Of a stretch of 48,037 nucleotides of DNA, positions 39,832 to 47,984 are shown one piece after another. Both the position numbers and the translations under genes were made by a program. This DNA is from Gemmatimonadota bacterium. GTDB lineage: Bacteria > Gemmatimonadota > Gemmatimonadetes > Longimicrobiales > RSA9. The stretch lies in NCBI GenBank assembly GCA_040905425.1, contig JBBDRO010000100.1:184402-232438 (forward strand), read 5' to 3'. Below the pieces are notes generated by a model. That model saw only the letters and a program-made list of their open reading frames with translations, made no database searches and had not been told where the DNA came from. Each line of letters opens with the position of its first letter. Within the stretch, counting starts at the first letter, position 1.

Positions 39832-41082
39832 TCAGTAGAGCCTGGTGATCTCGGTTCCCGTGTAGTACGCGGTGAGGATGGCGGCGTAGCCGTGGCCGGC
39901 GCGGGCGCGCCCCATGGCGCCCACCTGGCACATGCCGATGGCGTGCCCCCAGCCGCCACCCTCCACCGTGAGCCCGCCATCCGCATGCAGCGCCAGCTCG
40001 TAGAGCCGGGCGCTGTTCAGCAGCCCGCCCGCCGGCGTCTCCAGCACACGGCGCACCGAGTCGGCGCGCACCACCACGTTACGCCCGTCCACGCCCAGCG
40101 TCACCGCGGCGCGCAGCGATCGCGAGCGGTCCGTGATGGCAGCCTGGCGCAGCCCCCCCGCAGCCGCCGCCTGCGCCGTGGGCGGCCCAGCGTAGGCCGC
40201 CAGCGAGCGCCCCAGCGTCTCCATGAGCTCCACGCGCGTCCAGGTGGTGGTCCAGGCGAAGCGGTTGGAGGTCTCGCACCAGTGGCCGCCGCCCGGCTTC
40301 TCGTCGGAGACGCCACGCAGATACGGCAGGGGCGCGCGCCAGGGCCAGGCCTCGTCGATGGCCGCCGTGCTGCCGCCGCAGGTGGAGCTGTAGTAGGCCA
40401 GGATGGGCTGCCCGCGATGCGTCACGATCTCGCCGCGCGTCTCCCGCACCGCGCGGCTCACCACGCTGTCCTCCGAGGCCGACCCCCCGTAGACCTGATC
40501 CGCCACGGTGGCGTAGAAGTCGAAGCCCTGGCTCTCCCGCCCGCCCATGTTGCCCACCGCGTACGTGCGCGCCGCCACCGCCTGCGCCTTCAGCGCTTCG
40601 ATCAGCTCCGGCCCCAGGCGCCCCATCTCGTGCGGCACCACGCCCAGCAGGTAGTCCTCCATGGCAAGCAGGTTGACCACGGTGAGCTCCCCGCCCGACG
40701 TTCGCCGGAGCAGCGCCTCCCCGCGGTAGGGGCGGCCGTTGATCTGCAGACGGCCGGCGTCCACGGCGCGGGCCCGGATCGGCTCCGCCAGGCGGGTCAG
40801 GATGCGCCCGCCGCCACCCTCCACGGCCAGCGCTCCGTCCGGCATGACCCGGATGCTGAGCTCCTCCCCGGCCTCCGTTCTGTAAGCGACGTCTCCGCCG
40901 CCCGTCACCAGCTCCAGTCCGCGCGTGGCCCCGAGCGTCACCGTGGCACTGTCCACCACCACGCCCACGCGCACCGCGGGCTCCACGCCCGCCGGCAGGC
41001 CCGCGCCCGGCGCCGCCGGGCCCGGCTCGCCCGGCCGGCAGGCGCCCGCCAGGATCAGCAGCGCCGGCAGCAGGCACCTCAC
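39832..41082 (-). CDS. SpoIID/LytB-domain lytic transglycosylase lipoprotein
   Basis: Lipobox-like LAGAC, YLLGVVPHEM, EALKAQAVAARTY and GWGHAIGMCQVGA. Confidence 0.92.
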   Translation of the reverse strand: MRCLLPALLILAGACRPGEPGPAAPGAGLPAGVEPAVRVGVVVDSATVTLGATRGLELVTGGGDVAYRTEAGEELSIRVMPDGALAVEGGGGRILTRLAEPIRARAVDAGRLQINGRPYRGEALLRRTSGGELTVVNLLAMEDYLLGVVPHEMGRLGPELIEALKAQAVAARTYAVGNMGGRESQGFDFYATVADQVYGGSASEDSVVSRAVRETRGEIVTHRGQPILAYYSSTCGGSTAAIDEAWPWRAPLPYLRGVSDEKPGGGHWCETSNRFAWTTTWTRVELMETLGRSLAAYAGPPTAQAAAAGGLRQAAITDRSRSLRAAVTLGVDGRNVVVRADSVRRVLETPAGGLLNSARLYELALHADGGLTVEGGGWGHAIGMCQVGAMGRARAGHGYAAILTAYYTGTEITRLY

Positions 41083-42389
41083 CCGGCGGCCTCCGTCAGC
41101 GCTTCGCGCAGGCGGTCCGTGATGGCGTCCACGTCGGCGTCCTCGTGGGCGGTGGAGAGAAAGCCCGCCTCGAACGGCGACGGCGGCAGGAAGACGCCGC
41201 GCCGGAGCGCGGCGTGGAAGAAGCGGGTGAAGAGGTCATCGTCGCCTTGTTCGGCATCCGTGAAGGAACGCACCGGCCCGTCCACGAAGTGCCAGCCGAA
41301 CATGGCCCCGGCCGCGCCCCCGTGGAAGGGCAGCTCCAGCTCGCGGGCGCGCTCGCCCACGCCGCGCACCAGGCGGAGCGCGCGCGTCTCGAGCTCGTCG
41401 TAGGGGCGGCTCTCGCGCAGGTGCAGGAGCTGCGCCACGCCCGCGGCCATGGCCAGCGGGTTGCCGGACAGGGTGCCCGCCTGGTAGACGTCGCCCGCGG
41501 GCGCCACCCGCTCCATCAGCGCGCGCGGCCCCGCGTAGGCGCCCACCGGCAGGCCGCCGCCGATGACCTTGCCGAGGGTGGTGAGGTCCGGCAGCACGCC
41601 GAAGCGCTCCTGCGCGCCGCCGAGCGCCACGCGAAAGCCCGTCATCACCTCGTCCAGGATGAGCAGCGCGCCGTGCTCGCGGGTGAGCGCGCGGAGGCCC
41701 TGGAGGAAGCCCTCCACGGGCGGGATGAAGCCGCTGTTGCCCACCACCGGCTCCACGATGACGCAGGCAATGCGCTCCCCCTCCGCGGCGAAGGCGGCGC
41801 GCACGGCGTCCAGATCGTTGAAGGGCACGGAGAGCGTGAGGCGCGCCAGGTCGGCGGGCACACCGGGCGAGTCGGGCAGACCGAGCGTGGCCACGCCGCT
41901 GCCGGCGCGCACCAGGAAGCTGTCCCCGTGGCCGTGGTAGCAGCCGTCGAACTTGAGCACCACGTCCCGGCCGGTGGCCGCGCGCGCCAGGCGGAGCGCG
42001 GACATGGTGGCCTCGGTGCCGCTGTTCACGAAGCGCACCATCTCCACTGAGGGGACCATCTCGGCCACCAGCTCGGCCAGCTCCACCTCGGCGCCCGCGG
42101 GCGCGCCGTAGCTGGTGCCGCGCTCGGCGGCCTCCGTGATGGCCTGCACCACGGAGGGGTGCGCGTGGCCCAGCATGAGCGCGCCCCAGCTCATGACCAG
42201 GTCCAGGTACTCACGGCCGTCCACATCGTGCAGCCGGCACCCGTCGGCCCGATCCACGAAGAACGGCTGCCCGCCTACCCGCCGGAAGGCCCGCACCGGC
42301 GAGCTCACGCCGCCGGGCAGCACCTTCAGCGCCTCCTGGAAGAGCCGCTGGCTCTCCTGGCCCACCACACTGTCCACCGCTGTCCCCAT
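41079..42389 (-). CDS. hemL: Glutamate-1-semialdehyde 2,1-aminomutase
   Basis: PGGVSSPVRAF, NSGTEATM, DEVMTGFR and GKVIGGGLP motifs. Confidence 0.97.
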   Translation of the reverse strand: MGTAVDSVVGQESQRLFQEALKVLPGGVSSPVRAFRRVGGQPFFVDRADGCRLHDVDGREYLDLVMSWGALMLGHAHPSVVQAITEAAERGTSYGAPAGAEVELAELVAEMVPSVEMVRFVNSGTEATMSALRLARAATGRDVVLKFDGCYHGHGDSFLVRAGSGVATLGLPDSPGVPADLARLTLSVPFNDLDAVRAAFAAEGERIACVIVEPVVGNSGFIPPVEGFLQGLRALTREHGALLILDEVMTGFRVALGGAQERFGVLPDLTTLGKVIGGGLPVGAYAGPRALMERVAPAGDVYQAGTLSGNPLAMAAGVAQLLHLRESRPYDELETRALRLVRGVGERARELELPFHGGAAGAMFGWHFVDGPVRSFTDAEQGDDDLFTRFFHAALRRGVFLPPSPFEAGFLSTAHEDADVDAITDRLREALTEAAG

Positions 42390-42400
42390 GTCTTCCTCCC

Positions 42401-43999
42401 TCAGTCCCGCACCCGTTCACCCAGCAGGTCGTCTTCCAGCGCGCCGGTGATGCGCACCGGCACGAACTGCCCTGGCGCCGCGTCCCCCGCGTCCGCCAGG
42501 TGCACCACACCGTCCACCTCGAGCGCCTGGCCCGCCGTACGGCCGATGGCGCCGCGCTCGTCGGGGCCGGTCATCTCGGTGTCCCGCCCCTCCACACTGT
42601 CCACCAGCACCGTGCGCACGCTGCCCACCTGCGCTTCGTTGCGCTCCAGCGTGATGGTGCGCTGCAGGTCCATGAGGCGCTCGATGCGCTCCCGCTTGAC
42701 CCCCTCCGGCACGTGGTCCGGCAGGTCCACCGCACGCGTGCTCTCCTCCGGAGAATAAGGGAATGCGCCCAGCCGGTCGAATCGGACCTCCTCGAGCAGC
42801 TCCAGCAGCCCCTCGAACTCCTCGTCTGTCTCCCCGGGGAAGCCCACGATGACGGTGGTGCGGAGCGCCAGCTCGGGGATGGCCGCGCGCAGGCGCGCCA
42901 CGCGGTCCAGGATGGTGGCGCGGCGCTCCGGGCGGCGCATGCGCTTTAGCATGCTGTCCACGCCGTGCTGGATGGGCATGTCCAGGTAGGGCAGGAGGCG
43001 CGGCTCCGTGGCCAGCAGTTCCACCAGCTCGGGCGTGATCCCGGAGGGGTACATGTAGAAGAGGCGGAGCCAGGGCACGTCCGTATCGGTCAGCAGCGCC
43101 CGGAGCAGGTCGGGCAGCAGCCCCGTGCGGCCGGCCGTGGCGCCGCGCTCGGGTGCCGGCACGGGGCCGCTCCAGCCCGCCATGCCCGCGAACGGCCGGC
43201 CCACGGAGAGGTCGCCGTCTCCCGCCGTCAGCCCGCGCGCCAGGTCGCGGCCGTACCAGGTGGTGTCCTGGCTCACGAGGTTCAGCTCCACCACACCCGC
43301 AGCCGCCAGCTCGCGCGCCTCGGCCACCAGGGTGTCGATGGGCGTGGAGCGGTGCCGCCCGCGCATGAGCGGGATGGCGCAGAAGGCGCAGGTGTGGTCG
43401 CACCCCTCGCTGATCTTGAGGTAGTTGGTGTGCGGCGTGCTGGAGGTGAGCAGGCGGAGCGGGCGCTCCATGGTGGGCACGCTCTCCGGCAGCAGGCCGC
43501 GCCCGCGCAGCTCCGGTACGATGCGACCCGCGTCGGTGAGCCCCAGGAAGAGGTCGATCTCGGGGATCTCGGCGGCCAGCTCGTCCCGGTAGCGCTGCAC
43601 CAGGCAGCCCATGGCCACCACGGCGCGGACCCGGCCCTCCGCCTTCATGCGCACCGCCTCCAGGAGCGTGTCCACGGACTCCTCTTTCGCGCTGTCGATG
43701 AAGCCGCAGGTATTGACCACGAGCACGTCCGCGTCCTCGGGCCCGCGGCCCAGGGTGGCGCCGGCGCCCACCAGCCGCGCCAGTGTGCGCTCGGTGTCCA
43801 CCGTGTTCTTGTCACAGCCCAGGGTGATCACGTTGATGCGGACCCCGGTGGCGTCGGCGGCGCCATGGGCGTAGACGGCGGCACCGGTGGCGGTGGCGCC
43901 TGCGCCGGACATGCCGGCCGCGCCGGGCGCGCCGGGCGCGGCCTCGGGCGGGGTGCCGAGCACGGGGAGCGTCAGGCGCTTCGTCTGCGTGTTGCCCAC
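42401..43999 (-). CDS. rimO: Ribosomal protein S12 methylthiotransferase
   Basis: LGCDKNTVD, NTCGFI..AKEES, KISEGCDHTCAFCAIP and TRAM domain (EVDG). Confidence 0.92.
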   Translation of the reverse strand: MGNTQTKRLTLPVLGTPPEAAPGAPGAAGMSGAGATATGAAVYAHGAADATGVRINVITLGCDKNTVDTERTLARLVGAGATLGRGPEDADVLVVNTCGFIDSAKEESVDTLLEAVRMKAEGRVRAVVAMGCLVQRYRDELAAEIPEIDLFLGLTDAGRIVPELRGRGLLPESVPTMERPLRLLTSSTPHTNYLKISEGCDHTCAFCAIPLMRGRHRSTPIDTLVAEARELAAAGVVELNLVSQDTTWYGRDLARGLTAGDGDLSVGRPFAGMAGWSGPVPAPERGATAGRTGLLPDLLRALLTDTDVPWLRLFYMYPSGITPELVELLATEPRLLPYLDMPIQHGVDSMLKRMRRPERRATILDRVARLRAAIPELALRTTVIVGFPGETDEEFEGLLELLEEVRFDRLGAFPYSPEESTRAVDLPDHVPEGVKRERIERLMDLQRTITLERNEAQVGSVRTVLVDSVEGRDTEMTGPDERGAIGRTAGQALEVDGVVHLADAGDAAPGQFVPVRITGALEDDLLGERVRD

Positions 44000-44008
44000 G
44001 AGCGGCCC

Positions 44009-44968
44009 CTACCCTGCCGTGATCACCCGCACGCCGGGCGGGGGCTCGAAGCGGAAGAGGTCATCGGCCAGACTCGGATTCACGCGCAGCCCGCTCAGGT
44101 CGAACCGGCGCACGGCGCCGTTGGCCTCCACGATCTCGAAGCGACGGGCCAGGCCGTCCTGCCGGTCCACCCAGACGCGCAGTTCCCGGTAGGCCGCCCG
44201 CTCGCGCGGGATCAGGCGGAGCACGTCGGCCGTCCGTCCGCCCACCGCCTCGGTGCCGGTCAGCTCGGCCCGGAAGCGCCGCTCCGGCTCCCCGATGAAC
44301 TGGGCGCGCAGGTCCACCCCACCCGTGCCCTGGCCCGCCGAGGTGCGAATCACCTGGCTGGAGTCCGCGCTCGGGTAGTAGGTCCAGATCCACGTGCCGT
44401 CCACCACCACCCGGTCGCCGGCCGGCTCGCTGAAACGGAGCAGCAGGCGGTCGGGGCTGCGCTGATAGAGCGTGCCGCGCGAGGTACTGGTGCTGCGCAG
44501 CAGCGGGTTCTGGGCGGTGAGCACGAAGTCGGCGCTGAGGGCGCGCACGTCCTCGTAGGCGGCCGCGGCGCGGCGGAGCGCCACGAGGGCCGGGTCCTGC
44601 GGGTCCTGGGGCTCCTGGAGATCGGCCGGGTTCGGGTCCGCGGGCCGCTCCGTGGTGGCCGGCGTGGTGCCTGAGCCGCTGGCGGGTGCGCCGCCGGTGC
44701 GGTTTGCCGGCTCGGGAGCGCCGCTGGCGGGCGTGCCGCCCGGGGCGGCCGGATCGCGCTGGCCGTCCGGGGTGTCGGTCGCGTCCGCCGCATCCCCGTC
44801 CGCCGCCGGCGGCGGCTCCACGTTCACGCGCCGCGCGCCGTCCCGCGTCTCCCCGGCGCTGGCGCCATTGTCGGCGTCCGCCACGTCCACGTCGAAGATG
44901 GACCACGAGCCGTAGATGAGGCCCACGACGAAGACGGCGGCCACCGCGCCGATCAGGATTCTGCGCAT
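44009..44968 (-). CDS. LolA-family lipoprotein carrier with long N-terminal extension
   Basis: LSADF, P..L.LRF, VVDG..IW.Y and F.FEPPPGV LolA pattern, after a TM segment and a Pro/Ala/Asp-rich linker. Confidence 0.82.
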   Translation of the reverse strand: MRRILIGAVAAVFVVGLIYGSWSIFDVDVADADNGASAGETRDGARRVNVEPPPAADGDAADATDTPDGQRDPAAPGGTPASGAPEPANRTGGAPASGSGTTPATTERPADPNPADLQEPQDPQDPALVALRRAAAAYEDVRALSADFVLTAQNPLLRSTSTSRGTLYQRSPDRLLLRFSEPAGDRVVVDGTWIWTYYPSADSSQVIRTSAGQGTGGVDLRAQFIGEPERRFRAELTGTEAVGGRTADVLRLIPRERAAYRELRVWVDRQDGLARRFEIVEANGAVRRFDLSGLRVNPSLADDLFRFEPPPGVRVITAG

Positions 44969-45114
44969 CGATTCAGGTCGGGGTCAGGGTGCGAACGGGT
45001 CCCGCGCGCGCCCGTGTGGCGCGGTCGAATCTGTACACTGTTGGTGGGGGGGCGTTCCGGACAGGGGCGGGGTGCGGGCGCACGACGGCGCGCGTCCGCG
45101 GGGGCGGGTGACGG

Positions 45115-46248
45115 CTACCCGCCCGACCCCGGCACGCGCACCGTGAACTTCTGCACCCGGCGACCCGTGGATGCCTCCCCCACATACAGGTTGCCGTCGG
45201 CGTCGATGCCCATGCCGTGCGGGCGCAGGAACTGGCCCACCTGGCGGCCGCCCCGGCCGAAAGCGCCCACGATCTCCAGGCTGGCCCGCTCGAGGATCCA
45301 CACCTTGTGGTTGGTACCGTCGGCCAGGTAGAGCCAGCGCTGCTCGGCATCGGGCGAGAGCGCGATGACGAAGGCCGAACCCGACGCGCGCGTTTCGGGC
45401 GCCACCAGCCGCTCGGCCACGAAAGCGCCGTCCTGGCGGAAGACCTGGATGCGGTTGCCACGGCGGTCCGCCACGTAGATGAGCCCGTCCGTGGAGCCCA
45501 CCAACCCGTGCACGGTGGAGAACTGGGACGGCGGCGCGTCCGGCGCGGCGCGGGCCACGCGCGCGTCGTCGTCGGGCGGGCGTCCGTAGGCGCCCCAGTG
45601 GCGCAGGTACGCGCCTGTGGCGCCATCGAAGACCACCACGCGGCGGTTGCGGTAGCCATCGGACACGAAGACCTCGTTGGTGGCGGCATCCACCCAGATG
45701 CCCGACGGGCCGCCCAGCAGGACGGTGTCGGCGCTGCCGCCGGTCTCGTCGTAGCGGCCGAGGGTCAGCAGGTGCTCGCCCGCGCGGGTGAACTTCATGA
45801 CCCGGTGGTGCTGATAGCTGCCCACCCAGACGTTGTCCTCGTGATCCACGAAGATGCCGTGCGGATTGCGTGGGTAGGCGGCCACGTCGTCGTCCGGCCA
45901 GCCCCAGCCCCCCACCACCCGGCCGTCCGGGTCGAATTCCACCACCACGGGGGCGGGGCGGCAGCAGGACGCGATGGGCGGGTCCTGCACCGCCCCGAGT
46001 TCCTCGGGCGTCAACGTCTCCGCCAGGTGCGTGACCCAGACGTGCTGGCGCGCGTCCACGAAGACGCCGGTCACCGAACCCATCACCCAGAGGTCGGGCA
46101 GCTCCTGCGGCCAGGAGGGGTCGACCTGGAAGCTGGGAACGGCGCTGCTCTGTGTGGCCTGGGTGGCGTGGACCGGGTCCGTACCCCCGATAGCCGCTCC
46201 CAGCGCGGCCGCCACAGCTGCCAGCGGTAATGATCGGCGATTTCGCAT
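45115..46248 (-). CDS. Exported NHL-repeat beta-propeller protein (PAL-like)
   Basis: Signal-like N-terminus, VDPSWP, and repeated PHGIFVD / SDGY.N.RV / ADR.N.RIQ NHL motifs. Confidence 0.85.
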   Translation of the reverse strand: MRNRRSLPLAAVAAALGAAIGGTDPVHATQATQSSAVPSFQVDPSWPQELPDLWVMGSVTGVFVDARQHVWVTHLAETLTPEELGAVQDPPIASCCRPAPVVVEFDPDGRVVGGWGWPDDDVAAYPRNPHGIFVDHEDNVWVGSYQHHRVMKFTRAGEHLLTLGRYDETGGSADTVLLGGPSGIWVDAATNEVFVSDGYRNRRVVVFDGATGAYLRHWGAYGRPPDDDARVARAAPDAPPSQFSTVHGLVGSTDGLIYVADRRGNRIQVFRQDGAFVAERLVAPETRASGSAFVIALSPDAEQRWLYLADGTNHKVWILERASLEIVGAFGRGGRQVGQFLRPHGMGIDADGNLYVGEASTGRRVQKFTVRVPGSGG

Positions 46249-46415
46249 GCGCCGCTCCCGTGTTGCGAAAGTGGGGACCCCGCGACCGATGCGCTGATCT
46301 CCACATCGTGGATCGTGGAATCGACAGGAACCTCATGATGAACCCGAGACGGTCCCGCTGGCAACGAGGCCGCGCCTGTCCCCCGAAAATCGACGAGAAC
46401 CCCTGTCCCACCCTC

Positions 46416-46587
46416 ACCGGCCGCTGGCCGACCCGTCGATGCTCGCACCCGTGATAATTCGTACCCGGTGACGGCCGTGTGAGCGGCCTGCCCGGTACCC
46501 GGTGCCCCGTGCCCGGTGATGGGTGGTCGAGGCCCCTTTCCTTTCGTCGTGCGACACATCGAGTCGGATCCAGACAGCGTGACCGGC
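46416..46587 (-). ncRNA. Putative structured RNA: long bulged stem enclosing a 7-nt repeat array, directly 3' of the DIP1984-family gene
   Basis: Nested pairings found by eye on the minus strand: GCCGGUC-GCUG/CAGCGGCCGGU, CCGAC/GUCGG and UCGAUGU-UCGCAC/GUGCGA-GCAUCGA. The ~100-nt loop holds phased heptamers. Confidence 0.6.
46484..46525 (-). repeat. Phased heptamer array
   Basis: CACCCAT CACCGGG CACGGGG CACCGGG TACCGGG CAGGCCG, with a further CACCGGG at 46470-46464. Confidence 0.85.
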
Positions 46588-46597
46588 TACCTCTCGT

Positions 46598-47068
46598 CTA
46601 TTCGGCCAGCTCCGTTGCCCAGTTGAGCTGCTGCAACCGGACGTCCAGCTCGCGGTAACGGACGGCCCACGCATCGGCTTCACCCTGCAGCGCGGGCACG
46701 TCCACGGCCGCAGCGGTGGGGCTCTCCCCCGTGCGGCCGAGCCAGCCCCTGCCCGCCCGCGTGCCCGCCTTCGCGGCGCCTCGGTAGAGTTGCGTCATCC
46801 GCTGCGCATGGTCGCGGCGGGCGATCAGATCGCTGATCGTGGCCGTCGTGTCCGGCTTCGCCACGGTGGCGGCGTTCGTGCGATTGATGCGCTCCACCAG
46901 GACGGCCAGCTCCCCGGCCACCGCCGCGGCCGTTTTGAGCAGCTCCACCGGATCCTCGTCCGCTCGCTGTCCTTCCGGCACGCGCGCATTGTCCTCGATC
47001 CGGGCGTCCAGTGCCTTCAGCTTCTTCTGCTGGTCCGCGCGCAGCGCCAGCGCCTCCGCGAGCAGCAT
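46598..47068 (-). CDS. DIP1984-family coiled-coil protein
   Basis: MLLAEAL..RAD, NARV.EG...EDP, RINRTN, ARRD and LQQLNWATEL are the family hallmarks as I recall them. Strong AGAGGAGG SD. Confidence 0.85.
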   Translation of the reverse strand: MLLAEALALRADQQKKLKALDARIEDNARVPEGQRADEDPVELLKTAAAVAGELAVLVERINRTNAATVAKPDTTATISDLIARRDHAQRMTQLYRGAAKAGTRAGRGWLGRTGESPTAAAVDVPALQGEADAWAVRYRELDVRLQQLNWATELAE

Positions 47069-47095
47069 GATGTGCCTCCTCTCTTACCTTGGTGC

Positions 47096-47422
47096 TCACC
47101 AGTCGTCGTCCTCCCAGGGACGACGGTCCGCCTTTTCCTCCAGCCGCCGCGCGCGCCGGAACTCCCGTTCGGCGGCCCGGTGACCGGTCGTGCACTCCGT
47201 GACCCGATTCACATCCGCCGAGCGGACCCGGACGTCAGCCCCGAACAGGTCCTGGAAGCGGAGCCAGCGCGGCGGCCGGAGCCGCTGCAGCTGATGGGCG
47301 ACGTCGAGTGCGGTTTCACGCGTCACGTAGAACCAGCCGCCGTCGCCTGCAATCTCCCAGAAATCCTCCTCGGGCCTCTCCTCCTCGGACTCTCCGAAGT
47401 ACTCCTTCAGCCTGTTGATCAT
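47096..47422 (-). CDS. Hypothetical protein (108 aa)
   Basis: MINRLKEYF...RRPWEDDDW with protein-like composition. Its stop lies 27 bp before the DIP1984-family start, suggesting an operon. Confidence 0.7.
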   Translation of the reverse strand: MINRLKEYFGESEEERPEEDFWEIAGDGGWFYVTRETALDVAHQLQRLRPPRWLRFQDLFGADVRVRSADVNRVTECTTGHRAAEREFRRARRLEEKADRRPWEDDDW

Positions 47423-47516
47423 GACTCCACGCTGGCTCGTTTCGACCGTTCTCGTGCCGGGCGGATGCACTCCGCGGTGACCCGCTGACGGCGCGGACGG
47501 CGTGCTGCATCGAGGG

Positions 47517-47929
47517 AGGGAGTCGCGTTGTCGCCTGCACCTCTCCGCATGGCGCCGCCGGCCGCCAGGGGCCCCGCTCAGGGCATACAAAACGCCCCAC
47601 CCGGGCACGCGGCACAGGTGGGGCGCGGTCATTTCGCCCCGGGATCGGAGGGTGCGCGCCTCAGCGCATCACGCCTCCCATCGGTCCTGCGCCACATTTT
47701 CGCCTGCGCCGTGAGCACTGCCACGACGCGCACGGCTGCAAGCGGGTGCCGTCGGCGCTCGGCCGGGGCTCCGCTCGTCCGTGCTTGCTGAATCGATGCT
47801 GCGTCATGGCTCCAGTCTGGTCGTGGGCCGAAAATGAAAAACGCGCCGCCGATGGCCATCCGCCGAACCTTCGGCGAGCCGCCCACGCCACGAACGGCGA
47901 GGGGGTTGGACATCGGGACGCGACTCCCT
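47517..47929 (-). ncRNA. Putative ~410-nt structured leader / regulatory RNA
   Basis: Perfect 12-bp terminal complementarity (47918-47929 with 47517-47528) and many internal hairpins. Begins just after a predicted promoter. Confidence 0.5.
47587..47625 (-). terminator. Intrinsic terminator-like hairpin inside the leader
   Basis: CGCCCCACCU/GGGUGGGGCG 10-bp stem followed by UUUUGU. Confidence 0.5.
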
Positions 47930-47936
47930 GAGGCTG

Positions 47937-47967
47937 ACTAGATAAAAGCGCGCGGCCGGGTTGTCAA
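47937..47967 (-). promoter_or_regulatory. Putative sigma70 promoter for the DIP1984 module
   Basis: Perfect TTGACA (47967-47962), 17-bp spacer, imperfect -10 TATCTA(GT). Confidence 0.5.
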
Positions 47968-47984
47968 GGGAGACGTGCCGGACG

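Noticed and set aside
46083..46683. ORFs 46083-46559 and 46414-46683 across the heptamer element
   Set aside because: They overlap real genes out of frame and show no motifs. A 7-nt period is not codon-compatible.
47629..47913. 94-aa minus-strand ORF (and the overlapping 76-aa ORF)
   Set aside because: Low-complexity Arg/Ala composition, no recognisable motif, and it coincides with dense RNA structure. Not called, although a leader peptide cannot be excluded.
47517..47929. RNase P RNA or tmRNA, given the size and paired ends
   Set aside because: No GAGGAAAGUCC / CGGCUUA P4 elements, and no tRNA-like GGGG...UCCACCA ends.
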